A stretch of 64,000 bases of DNA, from positions 128,001 through 192,000 of the forward strand of contig CAVQSP010000014.1 in assembly GCA_963715985.1 (NCBI GenBank), in the 5' to 3' direction. The notes below the pieces were generated by a model. The model saw nothing but the letters and a program-made list of their open reading frames with translations. It had not been told where the DNA came from and searched no databases. A program made the position numbers and the translations under genes. Below are positions 40,217 to 52,680 of this stretch, in pieces; within the stretch, counting starts at the first letter, position 1; each line of letters begins with the position of its first letter. The stretch is from an uncultured Thermoleophilia bacterium (GTDB lineage Bacteria > Actinomycetota > Thermoleophilia > UBA2241).

Positions 40217-40281
40217 GGCCGGCTCCCGCTACGCAGTCACCGGCCCTGAGGGGAGTGTAGCAGGCCGGAGGAGGCGGTCAA
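40217..40281 (-). ncRNA. Putative DUF3800-associated small RNA (hairpin) with antisense promoter
   Basis: GGCCGG-ctcccGCTACGCAGTca-CCGGCC directly after the stop; minus-strand TTGACC-N16-TACACT (40281-40254) points into it. Confidence 0.55.
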
Positions 40282-41339
40282 GGAGAGAGCACGTACTTCG
40301 GGACGATGGCGCCAGGCGCTGCCCAAGGTCCGTGGGGTCGGGGGATGAAGCATCCGGCTGTCGCCGGCTCCCGTACGGCACGCTACTTCCGCGTGGGCGT
40401 CTCCTTCGGAGTGACCGGCGCGTAGGCGAATCCAATAGAGGGATCCACCGGCAGCCGGCGTGTAGCGACTAAGCGACGGGGCAGTCAGGCATCCCGCCCA
40501 TGCGTGAGAAGCGCCTGCGCACCGGGCCGGCGAGGCGCGAGCACTGCGTGCATGCGGCCGGTGACGAGTTCTCAGGTCCTGGCTCGGACCAGCCGACGCC
40601 CGTCTACTTCGGTTGTCACTGGCGAGGTGGAGAGTCTCCCATGGAGCACGTACCTGCCGTGCGGCGCGCACTTCGCACCTGTCGGGCAGCGCAGCAAGTG
40701 ATCCGGGGGCCGGGAGCCCCGGCGTCGGCGACGAGATGAAGGAGCGGCTTGCCGCTCCTTTGTCGTTCTGGCGCAACGATGCGCTAGAAGGATTGCCCCC
40801 GCCGCGGGGCCCTTGGCCCTGCCGCGACGGCCCGGCCTCGAACCAGTCCCAGCGGTCGGCCCCCGGAGCCGCGGCCACCATCCCACGGCGTGCCTCTCCC
40901 GGTCGATGAAGCGCGAACTGGGCGGCATATACGGATCGACCGGGAAGGCGAGGTCGTCCTCGAACGAGAACACCCGCAGGACGCGAGCGATGTTCTGCGC
41001 GTCGCGCGGCAGGAATGCGGGGGCGATCGCTCGTATCGCATCATCGCCGACGCCGGCGTGGTGTGGGCCGAATCGCGCCTTGCGCACGCCGGGTGACGCG
41101 GTCGAGCCGCCCCAGAGACGCGACCACCCCGGCTATCCTTTCGGAAGAGGCCCGTGGCCTCTTGTCGCCGGGGTGGGACCTTTGGGTGCAGTATACCCGC
41201 GGCGTGCAGCCTAACAAGGCTCACGTTGGCCGGCCGCCAACGGACATCCTGCGACGAGGCGCACATCGGCGACGAGATCCTCGGAGGGACGGCCGACGGC
41301 CGAGCCCACATCTTGCAGCTCTCGACGATGCCCCGCGTG

Positions 41340-41580
41340 GGCGCCAAACCGCGTCGGGATGCGCGTGGGGTAGAGCCGGCTGGCTGTCGTCAGTGCGGCG
41401 TCGAGCAGGTCATGGTCGCCCGCCAGGGCTTTCGACGCGAACGCCTCGTCCCAGCCTCTTCTGGGCCGGTCCGCCGGCGCCATGACAAGCGTGCCGGCCT
41501 GGGCCGTGAGTTCGACCTCGTCGCGCAACCTAGACTCCTCGAAGAGCGCCTTGGCTACCGGCAGTGTCAGAAGGGGAGGC
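41340..41580 (-). pseudogene. MazE(AbrB)-MazF deletion chimera
   Basis: KALFEESRLRDEVEL...RPRRGWDEAF...LLD fused directly to LTTASRLYPTRIP.RF. Confidence 0.6.
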
Positions 41581-41838
41581 GAGGTGCGCAGCGGACGGCG
41601 CAACGCTGCCGGTCGAGTCCATCTGCCGATGGTGCCGGATCTGCCGGAAGGCATCGGGGATGACGTGACCCCGGTGGGATGACGTACATCAGGAGTCGAG
41701 GTTGACGTTTGCCGGGGCGCCGCGCAGGCGTGCACCCATTTCGCAGGCATCCGCCTCTTGCCTGGGCCCTCCCCGAAGACGGCGCAGCGAGATAGCGTAG
41801 GGGTGACGTCGTCGCTGAGGACATCGAGAGGTGCCGCC

Positions 41839-42582
41839 ATGGCCGAGTGCTTCACGTTCCCCATCGAGCGCGTGCGCCGCGCGAACCGGCGGGCGCAGGA
41901 GGCCGCGCGTGTCGACCGGCCGGCCGCGCCTCGCGGCGGCACGGTGGACCCTTCGCCCGTTCTCCGCAGCTTCGGCTGCCTGCAGATGAAGCCGGGCTGG
42001 AAGCTGCTGGCGTACCTGATGGGCGACCATCTCGGCGGCGAGTCACGGGTGGTCGCCGTGCCGGCGGACCTCGACCCGCACGGCGCGGCGCTGGCGCCGG
42101 TGACCGACCGCGCCGATGACGCCGACCGGCTATACCTCGACGACGGCGCTTGGGAGCGCGACCTGAGGCTGCCGCCGAAGGCCAGGCGCCGGTTCATGAC
42201 GGCCGTGGACGGCGACGGCAGCCCCTGGTCGCTGCTGTGCGGCTCGCTGGCCGTGCGCGTGCTCCTCGACTACGCCGCCTGGTGGCACGCGCTGTACGCG
42301 CACGACTGGTCCCAGCACGTCATCCTGGCGCGGCCGACGCCGCCGCGCTCGCTCGTCGAGGAGCCGGCCTGGGTGTTCGAGGGCGACATGCCCGGCCTGT
42401 GGCGCCCGGCCGTCTGGGTCGGTCGCTCCACCTCGACCGTGCGCTTCTACACGTACCGCCCGCCGTGGGCCAACTCCGAGGGCGTCTGGATGCACGAGGA
42501 CGAGTACGAGCACGGAAGCTGCGACCCGCAGATGTCGCGGGTGGAGATCGCGGCGGGGCGGCCGTCGACGATCATGTTCTGA
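41839..42582 (+). CDS. Hypothetical protein
   Basis: GAGGT RBS, good codon usage, Trp-rich. Confidence 0.7.
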   Translation: MAECFTFPIERVRRANRRAQEAARVDRPAAPRGGTVDPSPVLRSFGCLQMKPGWKLLAYLMGDHLGGESRVVAVPADLDPHGAALAPVTDRADDADRLYLDDGAWERDLRLPPKARRRFMTAVDGDGSPWSLLCGSLAVRVLLDYAAWWHALYAHDWSQHVILARPTPPRSLVEEPAWVFEGDMPGLWRPAVWVGRSTSTVRFYTYRPPWANSEGVWMHEDEYEHGSCDPQMSRVEIAAGRPSTIMF

Positions 42583-42754
42583 GAGTTCGGTCGCTGCCGG
42601 CCTGGCCACAGATCGGCGCCCGTCGGCGCGCGCCGGCGTGCCGGTCTCCGCGGCCTGCCGCAACGTCATCCCCCCTTCGCGTTCGTCATCCTCTTCGCGA
42701 GGCCGTCAGCTTGGTAGCGTCAGGCTTCGGCGACCTTGGCGCCCCGCGGCCGCC

Positions 42755-42783
42755 TTGACGAAGTGTAGCCTACTGGCTACAGT
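42755..42783 (+). promoter_or_regulatory. TA promoter with operator
   Basis: TTGACG-N17-TACAGT; TGTAGCC-N4-GGCTACA palindrome overlapping it. Confidence 0.7.
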
Positions 42784-42788
42784 ACCTC

Positions 42789-43094
42789 TGGACCGAGCTC
42801 CGCAAGACCGAGGCGTTCGCACGCTGGCTCGACGACCTGCGTGACCCGCGGGCGAGAGCCCGGGTACAGGTCCGGATCGAGCGATTGGCGGCCGGCAACC
42901 CCGGTGACGTGAGGGCCGTGGGGAAGGGAGTCTCCGAGTTGCGCATCGACCACGGTCCCGGCTACAGGGTGTACTTCACCAGGCGGCGTCCTGCACTGAT
43001 CGTCCTCCTGGTGGGCGGCGTCAAGGGCACGCAGGCAGCAGACATCCAGACCGCTCAGCGTCTGGCCGACGAGCTGCGCGAGGAACATCGATGA
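42789..43094 (+). CDS. RelE/HigB-like addiction module killer (start codon corrupted; probably leaderless)
   Basis: ELRKTEAFARWLDDLRD...GNPGD...GVSELRIDHGPGYRVYF. Confidence 0.85.
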   Translation, partial: WTELRKTEAFARWLDDLRDPRARARVQVRIERLAAGNPGDVRAVGKGVSELRIDHGPGYRVYFTRRRPALIVLLVGGVKGTQAADIQTAQRLADELREEHR

Positions 43095-43441
43095 CCAGGA
43101 CCGTCACCACCAGCTACGACGTCGCCGACCACCTCCGCACGGCGGAGGAGATGGCCGCCTATCTGGAGGCTTGCCTCGAGGAGGCCCCAGGCGATGCCGC
43201 GTTCATCGCCAGGGCCCTGGGCGACATCGCCCGCGCCAAAGGGATGACCCAGGTGGCGCGTGACGCCGGCCTCTCTCGCGAGAGTCTGTACAAGGCGCTC
43301 TCCGGCGCGCGCAGTCCCGACTTCGACACGATCCTGCGGGTGGTCGGCGCGCTGGGGCTCGAGCTCCACGCGGCAACCGCGCCGGACTCCACGGCTCGAG
43401 CCGTCGCCCACAGAGGCTCGCGGGGTTCGTCGGGCGGCTGA
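43091..43441 (+). CDS. Addiction module antidote (HigA-like HTH)
   Basis: ALGDIARAKGMTQVARDAGLSRESLYKALS. Confidence 0.92.
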   Translation: MTRTVTTSYDVADHLRTAEEMAAYLEACLEEAPGDAAFIARALGDIARAKGMTQVARDAGLSRESLYKALSGARSPDFDTILRVVGALGLELHAATAPDSTARAVAHRGSRGSSGG

Positions 43442-43539
43442 GGGGCGTGGCCCACCTCGACTTGCCCTCGGCAGCGGCCGTGGATAGTCCGGGGTCCGTC
43501 ACAGCTCCGCGCTATACTCGTGCTCTGCAAGGAGGCCCC

Positions 43540-43737
43540 ATGCGCTATCGCATCGCCATTCACCAGTCTGAAGAAGGCTACTCGGTCTCTGTTCCAGGCC
43601 TGCCGGGGTGCTGGTCTCAGGGCGCCACCGACGCCGAGGCGGTCGAGAACATCAAGGACGCCATCCGTGAGTACCTCGCCGTCGTCGAGGACCAGCTTCG
43701 AGGCGAGGAGATCCGCGAGATCGACGTGGCCGTCTGA
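43540..43737 (+). CDS. hicB: HicB antitoxin
   Basis: GYSVSVPGLPGCWSQG.T..EA..NIKDAI. Confidence 0.92.
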   Translation: MRYRIAIHQSEEGYSVSVPGLPGCWSQGATDAEAVENIKDAIREYLAVVEDQLRGEEIREIDVAV

Positions 43738-43739
43738 CC

Positions 43740-43952
43740 GTGCCGCGGATCCCTGGCGTCAACCACCTTGATGCCGTACGCGTGCTGCAGAAGGCCGGGT
43801 TCGAGATCGTCCGTCAAGGCAAGCACATCGTCATGTCGAACGGCACGCGCATCCTGACGATTCCGCGGCACGACCCTGTCAACGCCTTCACGCTCGGGGG
43901 GATCGTGCGCGACGCAGGACTCATCGTCGAGCAGTTCCGTGATGCCCTGTAG
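43740..43952 (+). CDS. hicA: HicA toxin
   Basis: GFEIVRQGKHIVM...TIPRH. Confidence 0.9.
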   Translation: MPRIPGVNHLDAVRVLQKAGFEIVRQGKHIVMSNGTRILTIPRHDPVNAFTLGGIVRDAGLIVEQFRDAL

Positions 43953-43988
43953 CAGAGAACGCCGCCGCGTGTGGCTCTCCCGTGGCCC

Positions 43989-44030
43989 TGAACCGCCCCG
44001 GGTTTCTCGGAGGCTCCAAACCCTGAGAGA
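43989..44030 (+). mobile_element. Solo IS3-family terminal inverted repeat
   Basis: TGAACCGCCCCGGGTTTCTCGGAGGCTCC resembles the ends at 47916/50488; no transposase follows. Confidence 0.65.
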
Positions 44031-44072
44031 ACGAAGAGGCGTCGGGGGCGCCGTGGCGAGTAGGCTGACGCG

Positions 44073-45521
44073 GTGACGACGCGCCTCGACCCCAGTATCG
44101 CCCTCGCCGACACTCAGCGCCTGCGACTCGCGCAGGCCGACCCGCGCGACGCCGACGGCGTGCTTCGCCTGTCCGGCGCGCTCACGCTGGACCAGCTCGA
44201 CGGTGCGGCCACATTCGTCAACGCCCGCACGGTGCTCGCGGCGCTCGACGAGGCGCCGGTGCGCGCCACCAAGGAACTCGGCAATCTCGAGCTCCGCTTC
44301 GTGGCGCGCATGCTCGACGAGCTGCAGCTGGATGCGGAGGCGCGGGAGAGGATCCGCTACGTCTCGCGACGGCCACAGGAAGAGGATGTGCGCGACCTCC
44401 ACATGCTGCGCGTGGTCTTGCAGCTGGCCGGCCTCGTCAAGAAGCGCAGCGGCCACTTCTCCATCACCCAGCGCGGCCGGCAGCTACTCTCGCCGGACAA
44501 AGCGGCCGGGCTGTTCGAGACGCTCCTGCGGACGTACTTCGGCAAGTTCAACATCTTCTACGTCTACGGCTGTCGGCAAGATCGGCAGCTCCAGCGCCGC
44601 ATCGTCCTGGCGTTCTGGACCATCCGGCGTCTCGCGGAGCACCCCGTGGACGGCGCGCGCATCGCCGCTCTCATGCCTCGCGACGGCGCAACGTGGAGCC
44701 CGCACGACGGCTACGTCGAGGACTCTCCGGAGGAGTACGAGGTCGCCGTGAGCCATGTCGTGCTTGAACCGTTGCGAGGTTTCGGCCTGCTCGGCGGAGG
44801 AGAGCCGGTCGGGAAGTGGCCGTCGCGCAAGCGTGCGCCGTGGCAGGTCACGCCGCTGTTCGACGCGGCGATCTCGTTCGACCTGGCGGAGGACGTCATG
44901 GCCGGCGCCGATGCCGGCCCTTCCACTACCTCAGTCGCCCGGCTCCTCGTGACGCTGCAGAGCGTGGAGCCGGCGGTGTGGCGCCGCCTCGAGGTGCTGG
45001 CGACCTCCACCTTCGATCAGCTGCATCGGTACATCAACGCCGCCATGGGCTGGCTGGACTACCACCTGCACGAGTTCCGGGTTGGGCGCCGCCGCATCGC
45101 GGCCTCCGATGCCGATTGGGAGACCGAGTGGCCGCATGAGGACGAGACGCAGGTGACGCTGGGGGAGTCGCTGGCGGACGGAGTCCGGACCTTCCGCTAC
45201 CACTACGACTTCGGCGACGACTGGGAGCACCTCGTGGAGGTCGAGCATGTCGGTCCGCCGGAACAGGGTGTGTTCTACCCCCGCTGCGTCGCGGCCGCGG
45301 GCGCCTGCCCGCCGGAGGACTGCGGCGGTCCACACGGGTACCTCGAGCTGCTCGAGGCCCTCGCGGATCCGGAGGATCCGGAGCACGCCGAGCTCCTGCA
45401 GTGGCTGGAGGAGCCCCTGGACCCCGGCTACGTCGACGTCGAGGGCATCGACCGCCTGCTGCGCCTGGCCGCGACCGGTGAGATCCGGCCGGACGACCTG
45501 GACTACTTCTCCGGGAAGTAG
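44073..45521 (+). CDS. pRiA4b ORF-3 family protein with N-terminal extension
   Basis: VWRRL, MGWLDYHLHEF, YDFGDDWEH, CPPEDCGG. Confidence 0.9.
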   Translation: MTTRLDPSIALADTQRLRLAQADPRDADGVLRLSGALTLDQLDGAATFVNARTVLAALDEAPVRATKELGNLELRFVARMLDELQLDAEARERIRYVSRRPQEEDVRDLHMLRVVLQLAGLVKKRSGHFSITQRGRQLLSPDKAAGLFETLLRTYFGKFNIFYVYGCRQDRQLQRRIVLAFWTIRRLAEHPVDGARIAALMPRDGATWSPHDGYVEDSPEEYEVAVSHVVLEPLRGFGLLGGGEPVGKWPSRKRAPWQVTPLFDAAISFDLAEDVMAGADAGPSTTSVARLLVTLQSVEPAVWRRLEVLATSTFDQLHRYINAAMGWLDYHLHEFRVGRRRIAASDADWETEWPHEDETQVTLGESLADGVRTFRYHYDFGDDWEHLVEVEHVGPPEQGVFYPRCVAAAGACPPEDCGGPHGYLELLEALADPEDPEHAELLQWLEEPLDPGYVDVEGIDRLLRLAATGEIRPDDLDYFSGK

Positions 45522-45667
45522 GACGGCGGGGCGGGCGCGGACCCCTGCGGCGGGACTCTTCCGTCCCGCCCGGCGTCTATCATGCTCAGTCCCGGCAGGC
45601 GCACGCGCGTCGGCTCGGGGCGAGCGGACACCGCCGGCGCGGCGGCCGGCGGACGGAGGGGGTCGAC

Positions 45668-46320
45668 ATGACGACACGCAGGGACAACTCCTACATCTGG
45701 GTCACCTGGATCACCGGCCTGCTCGTCGGCCGACAAGCACTGCGAGTGGTCGGCCTGGTTCCGCGCCCACTACCAGGACTACGCCAAGGTCCCGAGCGAC
45801 TTCAATCTGGCGGCGTGGAAGGCGGCGCACGGCGAGATGGTGCGCACGCCGCGCCGACGAGCTCAGGGCCGGCGGCTGGACGGTGTACGTCGAGGACCAG
45901 AACAAGTTCTCGCTGGCGGGCAAGGCCGCCACGCTCGGCGGCGTCGCCGACATCGTCGCGGTCCGCGGCGGCGAGGGCCTCGTGGTCGACTGCAAGTCGG
46001 GCAAGCAGCGCGACTCGGACGCCTTCCAGGTGCTCACGTACATGCTCGTGCTGCCGTACACGCACAAGGCATGCAAGGACGTCCGGCTCGCCGGCGAGGT
46101 GCAGTACCGGGAGACGAGCCTCCACATCGAGCCCGACCAGCTCACCGACGAGATGCGGTGGCTCATCCGCGGCGTCATCGAGCGCGTGGGCGGGCCCGAG
46201 AGCCTCGCGAAGGTGCCGAGCCTCTCGGAGTGCCGGTTCTGCGACCTCACGGCGGCCGACTGCCCGGAGCGGGTGGAGCAGCCGCCGACGGGCGGGTCGG
46301 TCGCCCACGACCTGTTCTGA
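45668..46320 (+). CDS. Cas4-like PD-(D/E)XK nuclease (frameshifted)
   Basis: N-terminal HCEW, ADIV, VVDCKSG, QVLTY, C-terminal CRFC...C. Confidence 0.75.
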
Positions 46321-46494
46321 CCCGGGCCCGTGGCAGTCTGGGATTCCAACTCCACCTCCCCCCGGGAACGACGTGCCTCTCCATCGTAGAGGCGTGCCGG
46401 ACGGTGGCCCTGCACGGCGATCTGCGTGGCCATCCGGTCCGTCCGGCCGCAGTGTTACCGTCAATCACGGTGTCGTAGACGGGAGGAAGCGGGC

Positions 46495-47529
46495 ATGACC
46501 TTGGAATCCACACAGGAGCTTGACTGTCCGCAGTGCGGCCGCAGCCAGGAGGTCACCATCTGGCAGAGCGTCAACGTGACGCTGGATCCGTCGCTGCGTG
46601 AACTGCTCGCGGGGCGACGCATCAATGCCTTTCGCTGCGAGGAGTGCGGGTTCGCGGCCTACCTGGGGGTGCCGCTCCTGTACCACGACATGCAGCGGCG
46701 ATTCTGCGTCCAGTTCTACCCGGCCGAGGCGATCGCCGACGACGACTTCATCGCCAGGTTCGAGCCGACGGTGCCGACGTTCATGAGGTCCTTCGCGGAC
46801 ATGCCGCTCGAGTACGTCACGCAGCCGCATCTCGTGTTCGACATGGACGACCTCCTGCACTGCGTCGAGTTCTTCGAGCGGCTGCTGCCGGTCGCCGCGG
46901 GCGATGTGGGTCTGGGGGGCGCGAGGACCCCGTCGACGACGGTGACTCTCGACAACCTCGATGCCAGGTACAGCGAGCTCTTCGAGCTGCTGGGCCCGAG
47001 AAAGGCGCAAGTCCTCGCCTTCAAGGGGTACATCGAGCGCGAGACGAGCTGGCTGACCTCGCCGGCCTCGACGCGCTTCCACCTCAACGTCGAGCGGGGG
47101 CTGCTGCTGCACTCCGTCGGCGTCGCCTACAACGTGCTCGCCATCAAACGGGAGCTGGCGCCTGACATCTCTGACGAGTCGGTCGTCATCGCGGCGCTCT
47201 TCCACGACCTCGGCAAGGTCGGGTACCCGGGCAAGCCCTACTACCTGCGCAATGACGTGCAGTGGGAGATCGGCAGGCGCAACATGACCTACAAGGTCAA
47301 CCCCGAGGCCACGACCATGAACCTGGCCGTGCGCAGCCTCTATCTCATCGCCAATCGCGTCGAGCTCACCGAGGACGAGGCGCAGGCGATCGTCGCGCAC
47401 GACGGCATCTATCCCGTCTCCGGCGGCGTCAACAACCTCGATTACCACCACCGAGAGTGCAGGCTGCAGATGATCGTGCACTTCGCCGACAAGTGGACGG
47501 CGGCCGTGGATGAGGAGGGGCGAAGTTAG
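46495..47529 (+). CDS. CpXC zinc-ribbon + HD-domain fusion
   Basis: CPQC...SVNV...CEEC...LYHD; SPASTRFH...GLLLHS...FHDLGK...H..HFAD. Confidence 0.8.
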   Translation: MTLESTQELDCPQCGRSQEVTIWQSVNVTLDPSLRELLAGRRINAFRCEECGFAAYLGVPLLYHDMQRRFCVQFYPAEAIADDDFIARFEPTVPTFMRSFADMPLEYVTQPHLVFDMDDLLHCVEFFERLLPVAAGDVGLGGARTPSTTVTLDNLDARYSELFELLGPRKAQVLAFKGYIERETSWLTSPASTRFHLNVERGLLLHSVGVAYNVLAIKRELAPDISDESVVIAALFHDLGKVGYPGKPYYLRNDVQWEIGRRNMTYKVNPEATTMNLAVRSLYLIANRVELTEDEAQAIVAHDGIYPVSGGVNNLDYHHRECRLQMIVHFADKWTAAVDEEGRS

Positions 47530-47915
47530 GTGCCGATGCGAGCCGCGCCGTTCCAGTCTATCTGAGCGCTCCGGCGCGTCAGGTCTTGCGCTTCTTGGGC
47601 GGATGGCCGACGACCGTTCGCTACCGCCACCAACAGCTGATAGACCGCCGGGCCATCGCCGCGCTTGCGGTCCCGCGCCTTGTCCAACGCGCCAAGCTGC
47701 ATCCAGCCACGAATCGTGGCGTCGGCTCCGGCGTCGACGAGAAGCTTCGCCATCTGCAGTGAGCAGGTGGCCGCCACCCACCGAATAGCGTGTTGCCGAT
47801 GACGCTCTCGTCATGCGCGTTGACGTCGGCACCATGCGCATTCCACGCAAGTCGAACACATGTTCCACGTGAAGCCGAACACCGCTTCCACGTGAAGCCG
47901 AACACCTCGGCGCGC

Positions 47916-50488
<2,573 letters not shown>

Positions 50489-50708
50489 GTTCGGCTTGGC
50501 GCGGAATACGCAGCACCATGCCGGATCAGATACGTCGCGACACCGATGTGATCGTTCTCGACCGCGCGGTGTAGAGGCGTCTTGCCCAGATCATCGAGGG
50601 CGTTGACGGGATGTCTGAGGGCGACGAGCCGGCCTACCCCCTCAAGGTCGCCCGACTGGGCAAGGGAATGGAGTTGTTCGCCGTCGAACTGAGCGTCCAT
50701 CGTGTTTC

Positions 50709-50770
50709 GCCTAAGGGTTTGGCGGTCCAGCGGCGGCGCGGAGCGCCGGCCGCTGCAAGCGCGGTTCAGC
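50709..50770 (-). repeat. Integron attC-like site
   Basis: GCTGAAC-CGCGCTTGCAGCGG...CCGCTGGACC...CTTAGGC; contains the stop of the upstream gene. Confidence 0.7.
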
Positions 50771-51299
50771 CACCGGCGCTCCAGCGATTGACCACTTCGG
50801 CTTGCCACGGAGACTCTGGCCATCCGCTCTCTCCTCGGGCGACGTGAATCCGGTTCAAGTATTCGATGATGGCATCGGCGTCATGTCCGAGCTCGCGCAG
50901 CGTGCAGCCAAGAACGGTCCCGGTTCGGCCTCGACCGCCCCAGCAGTGGACAACGACTCCTCGGCCGATCCGTAGCGACTGCACGGTCGCGTGGACCGCC
51001 TTCTGGATCGAGCGGACCTCGCGCTCAGCGTCCTGCGGGGGACCGCCGCCTACGAGATCCTCGAGCTGCTCAGCGAACACCGTCTTGAGGGGAGCTGGGC
51101 TGTAGTCCCCGGGGTGCAGCGACACGAGATCAGAGAACCCGCTGGCATGGATCGCAGACCAGGGCCACGCGTTGCTGGGAAGTCGCATTCCCGCCAGCGG
51201 CGCGGGGCAGCGAAGCACCCAGTAGAGGTCCTGCGGTACCTGGAGGCCGGCGATCGGTGTACCTTCTTCAGGTGGGATCAATGTCACGGCGCACCTCAT
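50766..51299 (-). CDS. Protein-tyrosine/dual-specificity phosphatase
   Basis: VVVHCWGGRGRTG, PESPWQ. Confidence 0.9.
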   Translation of the reverse strand: MRCAVTLIPPEEGTPIAGLQVPQDLYWVLRCPAPLAGMRLPSNAWPWSAIHASGFSDLVSLHPGDYSPAPLKTVFAEQLEDLVGGGPPQDAEREVRSIQKAVHATVQSLRIGRGVVVHCWGGRGRTGTVLGCTLRELGHDADAIIEYLNRIHVARGESGWPESPWQAEVVNRWSAGG

Positions 51300-51386
51300 G
51301 GCTAGCGTGTGGGCGTCAAGCCGCGAGAGCCGACGCCGCGGTCCTGCGCATCGCTTCTGCGAGTCAGCTCGAACGCCTTGTCAGGT
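51300..51386 (-). repeat. Degenerate attC-like site
   Basis: ACCTGAC-AAGGCGTTCGAGCTG...GCTTGACGCC...GCTAGCC, from the upstream stop to the downstream ATG. Confidence 0.6.
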
Positions 51387-51893
51387 GGTCTCATCGGTGC
51401 CCCGGGTCGCGAGGATCCGCTCGAGGAATGCGTTCTTCGCCTCCCGGTAGTCGTCAGTCGCGCGGCGAGCGTGCTCGATCTTGATCCGGTCGTACTCCTC
51501 CCGGGCGTCGTCTTGGGCGCGCTGGTAGTCACGAAGGTAGAGGAAGCGGTCGACCTCCGACCCGCTGACGACGACCTGGATCCCCCACGGCAGCTCGAAG
51601 CTGTCGTCGTCACCGAAGCTCGCGAACTCGTCCGTCCGGTTCTCGGCCTGCTTCTTGTCGAACAGCGTCCCGAGAGACCGCACCACGACAGGGAACTGCG
51701 TCGACGTGACGCGGACGACGATGTCGACGTCACCTTTGGTGACGGCTCCGGGTATCGCAGTTGCGCCGACATGGTGCGTCTCGACGTCCGGAAGGACGGC
51801 ATGCAGGCGAGTCAGCGCTGCTTCGAGTGTCGGCTCGGCCTGGGGCTGCAGTTCGTCTACGCGCCGGAGTTCCACGTCTTTGTGTCGACCCAC
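51381..51893 (-). CDS. GrpB family nucleotidyltransferase-like protein
   Basis: HVGATAIPGAVTKGDVDI, RDY, YDRIK, YREAK. Confidence 0.85.
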   Translation of the reverse strand: MGRHKDVELRRVDELQPQAEPTLEAALTRLHAVLPDVETHHVGATAIPGAVTKGDVDIVVRVTSTQFPVVVRSLGTLFDKKQAENRTDEFASFGDDDSFELPWGIQVVVSGSEVDRFLYLRDYQRAQDDAREEYDRIKIEHARRATDDYREAKNAFLERILATRGTDETT

Positions 51894-51972
51894 CCAGCGT
51901 GTTTGCGCATGAGCTGCGGCCCGTGCGCTTCGGGACGAATCTATCGCGACACCAACGATGCGCTTGTCGGCT
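51892..51972 (-). repeat. Degenerate attC-like site
   Basis: AGCCGAC-AAGCGCAT...GCTCATGCGC-AAACAC-GCTGGGT. Confidence 0.55.
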
Positions 51973-51984
51973 CCACGTCTGGGT

Positions 51985-52281
51985 CTACTGACGACCATGC
52001 CAGTAGAACGGGCTGCGCGCATGGTGGGCCACGGCAAGGACGCGGATCTCCGCTTCGGTCACCGAGTACATGAGCGAGTACGGGTAGCCCAGGAGGATCT
52101 TGCGCCGGGACCGGCCGTTGACGGGCGACGACGCCTCAGGGAACGCGACGATCTGCGACAGCGCCAGCCCTATCTGGGCGAGGAAGAGCTGGTCGAGACC
52201 GGGGCACTGCAGGGCGTAGTGGTCGGCTGCGTCGTTGAGATCGCTCTCGGCCTCGGGATGAAACCGCAGCGACCGGCTCAA
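51985..52281 (-). CDS. ParE/RelE family toxin
   Basis: FHPEAESDL...YPYSLMY...IRVLAVAH..R.P.YW. Confidence 0.88.
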   Translation of the reverse strand: MSRSLRFHPEAESDLNDAADHYALQCPGLDQLFLAQIGLALSQIVAFPEASSPVNGRSRRKILLGYPYSLMYSVTEAEIRVLAVAHHARSPFYWHGRQ

Positions 52282-52502
52282 CCCCGGCGGGCCTTGGCCC
52301 GGGCGAGGACCTCGTCGGCGGGCAGTGATTGCACCGTGCCCGCGTCGAGCTCGCGCTCGCGCCGCGCCGCCTCCTCGAACCAGAGCTGCTCGATCTCGGC
52401 CGCGCTCAGGTCATCGAGGCTGTTGAGCAGCTCGCGGGCGAGGTCGGCACGGGCCTGGGGCGCCAGTTGCAGCGCTGCTGCCTTGAGCTCATCGACGGTC
52501 AT
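52278..52502 (-). CDS. Addiction module antitoxin
   Basis: AALQL....RA.LA..LL.SLD...W..EA.RR. Confidence 0.88.
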   Translation of the reverse strand: MTVDELKAAALQLAPQARADLARELLNSLDDLSAAEIEQLWFEEAARRERELDAGTVQSLPADEVLARAKARRG

Positions 52503-52629
52503 GGGTCGCACCTCGCTGGGAGCGGTTGATACATGCTGATTGTACCGCCGCCCATGCGAGTCGCCGCAAGATGACAATGGGCCAAGCCTCTGGGGGCGGG
52601 GAAATGCGGACTGCGTACGGCCGGCTAAG

Positions 52630-52680
52630 TGTCGAACGCCACGCGATTCCCCAGACCGGGCGCCAATCGATTCCCCACCC
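52630..52680. mobile_element. Degenerate solo IS21-like end
   Basis: TGTC.. start with two CGATTCCCCA repeats. Confidence 0.45.

Noticed and set aside
40290-40480. HDV-like ribozyme or other structured RNA (CUUCGG hairpin, GCGAA)
   Set aside because: Could not assemble the nested pseudoknot; more likely decayed coding sequence. Would need cmscan
47841-47906. Three ~23-bp repeats as a mini-CRISPR or iteron array
   Set aside because: No unique spacers; they are the internal terminal repeats of the IS21 end bounded by a target duplication
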